Shown here one piece after another: positions 1 to 5,771 of a stretch of DNA of 5,771 nucleotides (within the stretch, counting starts at the first letter, position 1; each line of letters begins with the position of its first letter). Source of the DNA: Zygophlyctis sp. KS116 (Eukaryota > Fungi > Chytridiomycota); NCBI GenBank assembly GCA_054661495.1, contig BAAFSQ010000469.1, positions 1 through 5,771 of the forward strand. The letters are read 5' to 3'. The position numbers were made by a program, and so were the translations under genes. The notes below the pieces were generated by a model that had not been told where the DNA came from, searched no databases, and was given only the letters and a program-made list of their open reading frames with translations.

Positions 1-176
1 TCTTGCGCATCCACATTTTCGAGAGGATTTGAATGCTTTTCTTTAACTGCGTCTTTAAAGGCTGAAAGATCGGCAGCCAGAGAAAGATTTACAGCAGTAA
101 CAGTCGTCCTCCTGTATTGTCTATCAGTCTCAGTGTCATAGAGATGAAGCCAAATGCAATCGTTTGTGTTTTGCAT
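1..176 (-). CDS. Crinkler (CRN)-like effector, N-terminal ubiquitin-like header domain; 5' part only, runs off the left edge
   Basis: ATG at 176-174 in a CCCACCATG context, open to base 1: MQNTNDCIWLHLYDTETDRQYRRTTVTAVNLSLAADLSAFKDAVKEKHSNPLENVDAQ. This resembles the chytrid CRN header pattern as I recall it (W-x-x-L-x-D...Y-x-x-T-T...V...F-[RK]-D-A-V-K-x-K...N-x-L-x-x-V-D-A). Not in the ORF track because there is no stop inside the window. About 42% GC over 1-180 by hand count. Confidence 0.75.
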   Translation of the reverse strand, partial: MQNTNDCIWLHLYDTETDRQYRRTTVTAVNLSLAADLSAFKDAVKEKHSNPLENVDAQ

Positions 177-226
177 GGTGGGCTGAGGATCAGGCCATCC
201 TTATAAGTAAGTTTCAGACATGAATG

Positions 227-238
227 AATTTTATTATA
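227..238 (-). promoter_or_regulatory. TATAATAAAATT element: candidate poly(A) signal for ELP2 and/or TATA-like element for the CRN gene
   Basis: The minus strand reads TATAATAAAATT (contains AATAAA), about 52 nt after the ELP2 stop and about 50 nt before the CRN ATG. The same 12-mer follows the PHD gene at 4563-4574. Confidence 0.4.
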
Positions 239-290
239 CTGTTGCTGCAAAAGTTAATCCTACGTAGACATGATACCTGTTTGAAATATG

Positions 291-2703
291 TCAATTTTCA
301 CGACTAGATTTGGAAATTGAATAAATTCTAACAGAATGATCTGCACTACAAGCAGCAAGCTCAAATAATTCGAGTGGTTTTTGTCCAGGTCTCCATTTAA
401 CTGTTTTGACAGTTTTTGAAGGAGTAATACTATAAATTTAGATTATTTAAGGTACTCTAATGGTAGATCCTGCTTTAATCTCAACACGAGATTATTTGTA
501 ATATATAAAATTGAAATCATTCCAGATTCTAAACCAACAGCAACAATGTATTCACCATCAGCTTCATAAGGGGCAAAATCACAGCATGTAACAGGCTCAT
601 CAAACATGTATTCAAAAACAGGTTCTTGTTTTGAAGGGGTCCACAGTTTAAGATATTTGTCCCTGGAAGCTGTGGCAAAGTAAAGACTATCAAGCGACCA
701 AGTGCACTTCCAAATAATTCTGGAATGTGCCTTGAGATTGCTTTGATATAATCTAAAAGGTTCTAAAAGTAAGGAGTTAAGAATTTTACCATTGATTTCT
801 TCTGTTCTTTGATATAACATCCAGCTTCTATCACGACCTGCTGTAACTAACCATTTTGAATCTGGAGAGAAAACAATTGAAGTCACTGTTAATGAATGCC
901 CAATCAGTTCTCCAACCTTCTTAAAACTCTCTGCTGACCATAAAATGACTGAAGCGTATTCTGCTTTCGAGGCCTTACAGGATGATGCAATAAACTTTCC
1001 ATCTTTGGACGTTCCAACTGCCATTATTTCAAATCCATGGCCATAAAGTTTTTCTTTTTCGGGCCATAGGGTGTTTTGCAGCAAATCGGCTTCTAACGGA
1101 GGAGTAAATTGAACGTCTCTACATAATCCTGGGGCAAAGTCAGAAGTTTCTTTTGCACCATTCTCAAGGTATAATGCCTTATTAGATAAGCCTAATGCAG
1201 GAAGGCTAGCCCCAACAGGAAGATTTTCCTAAATTTTTAAAATATAAAAAATACCTTGTTAAATTTACCTTGTATCATTGTAATTTTTTCCAAAGACTCA
1301 ACAAAGTTTCTATTTGCTTCAAATATTCTTAAAATCTTTCATTTTTAAGCTGCAAATGCATACCTTTTCATCAGCACCAGATACATATTCATATTCATTT
1401 ATAAATGCTAAAACTTGCAAATCATAACCATGAATTCTAAATATTAAATTTCTAAAATTCCATACTGTGTTCGAGCCATTTCATGCCAAGACTTTTTATC
1501 ACCACGCTTCCACTCTGCAAACAAGCGAGTCGTCTGATCCAGACTTGTGGATAATAGATATGTTCCTGAAGGATTCCAACAAATATCTTGAACAGAGAGT
1601 TCATGGCCACCTGTTCCTAAAACTGACACCCAACTTTCATCAACTAAATCCCAACATTGCAAAGCACCATGATATCCATGAGCCAATAATTTAGTTCCAG
1701 AGGGCAAAACCAAAGCCCCATAATATCCTAGAGTACTTCCACCGACATCTCCCAGTCTAACATTACTAAACCAAGACCGACTCTCTTCATCAAAACTCCA
1801 AATAATCAAAGACTTATCTGCCGAAGCAGACACCAGAGACCAAGACTGATAGTATTCTTCTCCCTCCTTAAACATTGGAAACCATCGTACTGAATTTACC
1901 CAATCTTGATGACCAGTTAATAAAGAATGAAAATTAATTGAATACCTAAATTTTAGTTTTTTAAAGAGTTACTTGTGATCTTGTGTTTTAATTAAAGTAG
2001 CCTTTGTATTTAAAATATTTTCTTCCAATTGAGATTCAGGAGATAGTCTCCAAAGCCTAATAAACCCATCTTGTGAAGCACTTGCAATCATTAAATCCCC
2101 ATCATTTATCAATTCATCATGAGCATTTTGACTTTTATTAACCATTAAATCTATAGACTTTATCCAATCTCCATGACCTTTTAACTTTGCAACCTTAATA
2201 AATTGATCTGAATCTTGATTTAGTATATAGAAACCCAGAGATTTATCTGAACCTCCAGTAATAATAATTGGTAAATCCGAACCTGGCAATTTCCCCATTA
2301 CTATAGCCAAAACCAATTCCGATCCTAAATTTATTTTTTGAAATTCCTCTACATTTTCCCCATGAGTAATTTTAAAAACAGTTAAACTACTATTAGCCAT
2401 TGCCACTGCCAACCAAGATTGCTGATTATCAGTAAATGCATTCATAGCAACCACTGCATCATCCACATTGACAACTTTTGAATTTTCCCACCAAATCCTT
2501 ATAGATTTATCTTGACCGCCAGAAACAATAGTATTCCCCAAAAGACAAATTGCATTCACAGTCTCTTGATGCCCTTTAAGAATTTTCAAAATATTCCATG
2601 ATAGATCATAGATTGCAATCATTGATTCCGATGCCGTAATAATAGTATTATTATTGAAAAGTAATAAATCTGACCGTTTGTTGACTGATAAGAAACTTGA
2701 CAT
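291..2703 (-). CDS. ELP2: Elongator complex subunit 2 (double WD40 beta-propeller), spliced: complement(join(291..429,456..1228,1255..1335,1364..1436,1466..1945,1973..2703)), 758 aa; 749 aa if 763..789 is also spliced
   Basis: Splicing joins Elp2 hallmark motifs into one frame: LKGHGDWIKSID, ASASQDGFIRLW, LLTGHQDWVNSVRW, SASADKSLIIW, VRLGDVGG, LLSTSLDQTTRLFA, WHEMARTQ|IHGYDL, SGADEK|ILRIFEA, GASLPALGLSNKA, PPLEADLLQNTLWPEKEKLYGHGFEI, GHSLTVT, AHSRIIW, ATASRDK, AVGLESG, CSADHSVRIYSI. Exon lengths sum to 2277 nt (759 codons) ending in TGA at 293-291. Confidence 0.95.
430..455 (-). other. ELP2 last intron (26 nt)
   Basis: GTACCTTAAATAATCTAAATTTATAG. Removal adds the final WD blade DITPSKTVKTVKWRP...LAACSADHSVRIYSISKSSREN*. 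Confidence 0.9.
763..789 (-). other. Candidate ELP2 intron 5 (27 nt, in frame, no stop codon)
   Basis: GTAAAATTCTTAACTCCTTACTTTTAG. It has the same size class and GTA...TAG ends as the other introns, but the frame stays open whether it is spliced or not. Confidence 0.6.
1229..1254 (-). other. ELP2 intron 4 (26 nt)
   Basis: GTATTTTTTATATTTTAAAAATTTAG. Removal joins IQGKFNK|ENLPVGASLPALGLSNKA in frame. Confidence 0.88.
1336..1363 (-). other. ELP2 intron 3 (28 nt)
   Basis: GTATGCATTTGCAGCTTAAAAATGAAAG. Removal restores the conserved SGADEK|ILRIFEA motif. The acceptor is AAG. Confidence 0.92.
1437..1465 (-). other. ELP2 intron 2 (29 nt)
   Basis: GTATGGAATTTTAGAAATTTAATATTTAG. Removal restores the conserved WHEMARTQIHGYDL motif. 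Confidence 0.93.
1946..1972 (-). other. ELP2 intron 1 (27 nt)
   Basis: GTAACTCTTTAAAAAACTAAAATTTAG. It contains the in-frame TAA that ends ORF 1969..2703; removal gives ...TQDHK|YSINFHSLLTGHQDWV. Confidence 0.9.
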
Positions 2704-2748
2704 TTTTCTGAATAGTTAGTAGTAGTTTCAGGTTGAAAACAGTTAAAA
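2704..2748. promoter_or_regulatory. 45-bp divergent intergenic spacer (putative bidirectional promoter region)
   Basis: It lies between the ELP2 ATG (2703, minus) and the PHD gene ATG (2749, plus). Both ATGs have in-frame stops just upstream (TAA 2718-2716 minus; TGA 2734-2736 plus), and both read AAAAATG. Confidence 0.6.
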
Positions 2749-4557
2749 ATGGATCCATTTTTTGGATCTTTTCCTCCTTCATTCTCTGAAAAGAATCTAC
2801 AATACAGATATCCTGTGAATAGAATTACAACTTGTTTTACTCCCCTAGAATTAGACTTTGTAAGAGACAATTCTCTCTCTTCTCCATTACAAACAAAATC
2901 ATTTATAGATTCTCTCTTTGACTCTGACTCTGAACTCTCGGAAATTGATGATCAAGAATTTAAAAAGGTGGATGATAAAAAAAAGAAGTCTTTACCGAGT
3001 AATCCGTTTAAAGTGTCTCTAGAACAAGTAGAATCAGACTGGAAATTAATTAAACAATGTATTCCAGATAAATTAGTACAGAAAACTAGGAAAAATGTAG
3101 AGTCTAAAAGAAGTACAAGGAATAATTCTGTAATTTTTTATAATTTTAAAACAAATAGGCAGAGTCTGATGATAATTGTACAGTTTGTTTAGGAAAAGGA
3201 AAAGTAATTTGTTGTGATTCTTGTACTAGGGTGTTTCATTTACACTGTTTAGATGAGGTTTTAGATGATGGGCCTTTACCAGAATTTTGGGAATGTAAAG
3301 CTTGTAGATTTATAAAGGTTTCAGAGATTTCAAAAAATTCTAGGGATGATTTACAGGATGGGGTTTTGAAATATTTGTTTGGGGGATTATTAGAGGATTT
3401 GAAAGGTATGAATCCAAGAATATTTCATATTCCATCATATATTATAAATTCTTTTGAAAATATTTCAGCTCATCCAATTACTGGGGATTTTATTAATGAT
3501 TCTGAAGTGGAAATTATAAAATTTAATAATTCAAGTCAATTAAAGGAAGTTAATCCTACTATCAAGAGAAATCATGTAACAGACTCTGAAAATCTGTTGA
3601 ATTCTTACTGCTATAAATGTAGTAGATCTAATTTGAAGTTGTTACAAACAAACTTGTTATCTTCTTATAGTATACATCAGCCTCTAGGATTAAATTTACA
3701 AAGTTGTAATTCAGAATTGATAAAATGTGATTTTTGTCCTCTTTATTGGCATTTGGATTGTTTGGATCCTCCATTGGCAAATGTACCTCTGGAATTACGA
3801 GAAAATGAAATTGAAATTGTGAATTTGAAAGCTATAAATAGTATAAAAGCAAAACTATGGGGAAAAGACTTTGTAAATTCAAGCGCTGGAACGCAAAGTA
3901 GTTCTCTTTTAGATGGTCTTTTTTCTATTCGTAAAAAGTGGATGTGTCCTTGTCATTCACAGAATGTAGGTCATATAAAATCTACTGGTTGGAAGTGGTG
4001 TACAGTTTATGAAGATAAAGAGAATGACAATGTCTCTGATCCTGATGATATTTTTCTTTTTTCAAGTTCAAGTAAAAACAATGGTCATATTGAAATCAAG
4101 AATGATAAGCAGACTGATGACTTGTTTGGAGAATTGGAATATATAAACTCAAAACGTAGAATTGGGCCAATTGATAGGTTTGAAATTGATGGAATACGCT
4201 ATCGAGTTCCGGAAAAAAGAGTTAAATTGGACTTTTTATCAAAATCAAATCAAAAACAGTCTATGGCCAAAAAAGAGAAATATCGAATATTGCCAAATGG
4301 TGAGTTGGAATTTGATCAGGATATGCTGGATTCAATGTTTCCTGGTCTAGATTCTAGGTTTCATTTGGTTACTCCTACTGATTCATTAGACATTCTATTG
4401 GAGGCTGCCAACAAATTAGAAAAAATCCCCTCATTACCACTAGAAGAAGAGCAAGAGGTAATCTCAGATCACTAACCAGAAGTTTATAAGAGCCATGTCC
4501 GAAATCAAAACCCCCAGTCGCATGGTTCATCATAAAGACGGATTGTCAATACATTAA
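2749..4557 (+). CDS. RCO1: Rco1/Cph1-Cph2/PHF12-like double PHD-finger subunit of the Rpd3S (Sin3) HDAC complex: join(2749..3129,3159..4457,4480..4557), 585 aa; 565 aa ending at 4475 if the last intron is not real
   Basis: Splicing rebuilds PHD1: DDNCTVCLGKGKVICCDSCTRVFHLHCLDEVLDDGPLPEFWECKAC (C4HC3). It is followed by the Rco1-type segment NPRIFHIPSYIINSF...GDF, a split PHD2 (CYKC...IKCDFCPLYWHLDCLDPPL...KWMCPCH), and the NNGHIEI and YRVPEKRVKLDF motifs I recall from fungal Rco1/Cph proteins. Confidence 0.85.
3130..3158 (+). other. PHD gene intron 1 (29 nt)
   Basis: GTAATTTTTTATAATTTTAAAACAAATAG, phase 0. Removal fuses ORF 2749.. to the frame of ORF 3231..4475 and supplies the first four PHD cysteines. 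Confidence 0.92.
4458..4479 (+). other. Candidate PHD gene intron 2 (22 nt)
   Basis: GAG|GTAATCTCAGATCACTAACCAG|AAG, with CACTAAC directly before CAG. It contains the TAA that ends ORF 3231..4475. Splicing gives EEEQE|KFIRAMSEIKTPSRMVHHKDGLSIH*, with the stop at 4555-4557 followed by AATAAA. Confidence 0.65.
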
Positions 4558-4562
4558 TGGGC

Positions 4563-4574
4563 TATAATAAAATT
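4563..4574 (+). promoter_or_regulatory. Candidate poly(A) signal of the PHD gene (TATAATAAAATT)
   Basis: AATAAA at 4566-4571, just after the spliced stop codon at 4557. Confidence 0.45.
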
Positions 4575-4777
4575 TTTACTGTATGTTAAAGACGTTTTGC
4601 TTAAATTCTAAAATGTGAACTATTTCAATTGGTCAAATTCATGACGATAATCAAAACAGATGCCTTCTAGAGAAATCATGTACCGTGTTTACATATGTCC
4701 GGTTTATTTTCAATTCAGATAGTTAAAAACAAAGATGATGCTTTTATTAAACAAAAATATCTTTGTAACAAATAGTT

Positions 4778-5771
4778 TTACTTAATATGAGCCTTTCCAA
4801 AGTCAATCAGTTTGATTTTCCCTTCAGGGGTCAAAATCACATTCTCTGGTTTCAGGTCACCGTAAATAACACCAAACGATTTCAATTTTCGGATTATTCT
4901 CTTCAACTTTTCTGTCAATTCTGGACTTCCTCTCCAATCACAATGATCTCCGGGGATATATTCCAAAGCTACAAAATGCTGTCCGTAAAATTCACATTCG
5001 TAGCGAGGAATATATTTAAATTCAGTTTAGATAGCTTTTCGTAAACTGATATTTCATTCTGTAGCATTTCGAATCCGTCGAGATTGTTGTAAGAATCGCG
5101 ATGTTTCACAACAATATTACTGTCCTTGAGACGGATTACTTGCCCTCGCCTACAACAGTGCCAGAACGGAGGGCAGCGAAATCAAGGCGATACTTGGTTT
5201 TTTCATTGACAGAAGATGAAGGAACGGAATCAAGAGTAATGTTACCATTACACTGGATTTTCTTATTCTCGGAAGGTAACGAGTCTTCTTGGCTATTCTT
5301 CGAGATGGGATCATCTGATGATCGAGCTTGGGCGGTAGGTCCACACGCTTTAATTTCTTCACTACTCGGGTCAACAGATATATCGGAGTCATTTAAGCTG
5401 GCATCAACTTTTTGTTGTTCATCGTTTGCTTTTAAAGCAAGTTCAGCAAAATAATAAAGCGCTTTAAGAAGAGTAGGCTCACGGGAACCATTAAAAATGG
5501 GATTGCTGATAAGTAGAGTACCTTTCTTTGGCCGCCAAAGAAAATATGTAACATCATAACAACTCACACACCCATATATCACATTATCTAGCGACATATA
5601 GCCATAAATGTGGTCAATTACTGAGCGCACATCCACACGTCCAATATCTCCAAGTGAGTTGTTCTGAACATCTTCTCTGTAAATGTCCAACAAGTCAAAC
5701 AGATCTCCAGTTTCATGATGTCGAACAGGCAAATCAATTGGTGTCTTGAATTCAACAAACGATAAAACTTT
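4778..5771 (-). pseudogene. Crinkler-type PD-(D/E)xK nuclease (REase) + protein kinase-like fusion gene, 3' part, disrupted by two frameshifts (about 5140 and about 5016); 5' end lies beyond the window
   Basis: Frame A (5771-5140): KVLSFVEFKTP (ExK) ... VIDHIYGYMSLDNVIYGCVSCYDVTYFLWR...LLISNPI...PTLLKALYYF, then an S/D/E-rich linker and VVGEG (Gly loop). Frame B (5139-5017): VIRLKDSNIVVKHRDSYNNLDGFEMLQNEISVYEKLSKLNL (beta3 Lys, alphaC Glu). Frame C (5014-4778): YIPRYECEFYGQHFVALEYIPG...GVIYGDLKPENVILTPEGKIKLIDFGKAHIK*. The kinase subdomains are collinear across three frames. Confidence 0.75.

Noticed and set aside
1229-1268. Alternative 40-nt intron from the donor GTAAAT at 1268
   Set aside because: It puts the next exon out of frame and loses GASLPALGLSNKA.
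1452-1465. 14-nt alternative intron using the proximal TAG (also in frame)
   Set aside because: Implausibly short, and it would insert NLIFR into the conserved Q-IHGYD motif.
1467-1694. ORF-track entries 1467..1694(+), 2619..2870(-), 4162..4350(+), 4787..5044(+), 5101..5454(+) and 5150..5392(-)
   Set aside because: They are antisense or alternate-frame shadows of the real genes with no recognisable motifs.
1969-1971. TAA read-through or a ciliate-type genetic code joining the same-frame ORFs 1969..2703 and 1444..1875
   Set aside because: The TAA sits inside a GT-AG 27-mer like the other introns. The other breaks change frame and need splicing, and the long exons contain no internal TAA/TAG.
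2871-2938. CT-rich runs and GACTCT repeats
   Set aside because: They encode the Ser/Asp-rich low-complexity N-terminus (SLSS, DSDSELS) and are not an independent repeat element.
3318-3343. 26-nt GTTTCA...TTCTAG segment resembling a tiny intron
   Set aside because: The donor is GTT rather than GTA, and removal would frameshift an open, conserved frame.
291-4557. Functional cluster linking Elongator, Rpd3S and CRN toxins (for example toxin-target or immunity coupling)
   Set aside because: Adjacency alone in a very compact genome is not evidence. It would need conserved synteny or co-expression data.
3565-4682. 14-nt direct repeat AGAGAAATCATGTA at 3565-3578 and 4669-4682
   Set aside because: One copy is inside coding sequence, and a single match of this length is plausible by chance in AT-rich DNA of this size.
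4761-4781. 21-nt GTAAAAC...CAAAG intron extending the kinase past its stop
   Set aside because: The added peptide YFCLIKASSLFLTI* shows no kinase features and overlaps the likely AATAAA signal. Not supported without transcripts.
5120-5139. 20-nt GTAATCC...GACAG intron that would repair the first kinase frameshift
   Set aside because: It would delete the coding-like strand VIRLKDS, has no YTAA near the 3' end, and leaves the second frameshift unrepaired. RNA-seq could still test it.

Overview
This is AT-rich eukaryotic DNA from an extremely compact genome, most likely an early-diverging (chytrid-like) fungus, which is an inference from gene content. The ORF track fragments the genes because they are interrupted by very small GT-AG introns of 22-29 nt. 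Manual splicing recovers a complete Elongator subunit 2 gene (ELP2, minus strand, 2703->291, 5 required introns plus 1 candidate). It also recovers a complete Rco1/Cph1/PHF12-like double-PHD Rpd3S subunit gene (plus strand, 2749->4557 or 4475, 1 required intron plus 1 candidate). The two start codons are head-to-head and only 45 bp apart. This housekeeping pair is flanked by GC-richer Crinkler (CRN)-family sequences on the minus strand. At the left edge is the start of a CRN gene with a ubiquitin-like header domain (176->1), which the ORF track misses. At the right edge is a CRN-type PD-(D/E)xK nuclease + kinase gene (5771->4778) broken by two frameshifts. Family assignments come from recalled motifs, not database searches.
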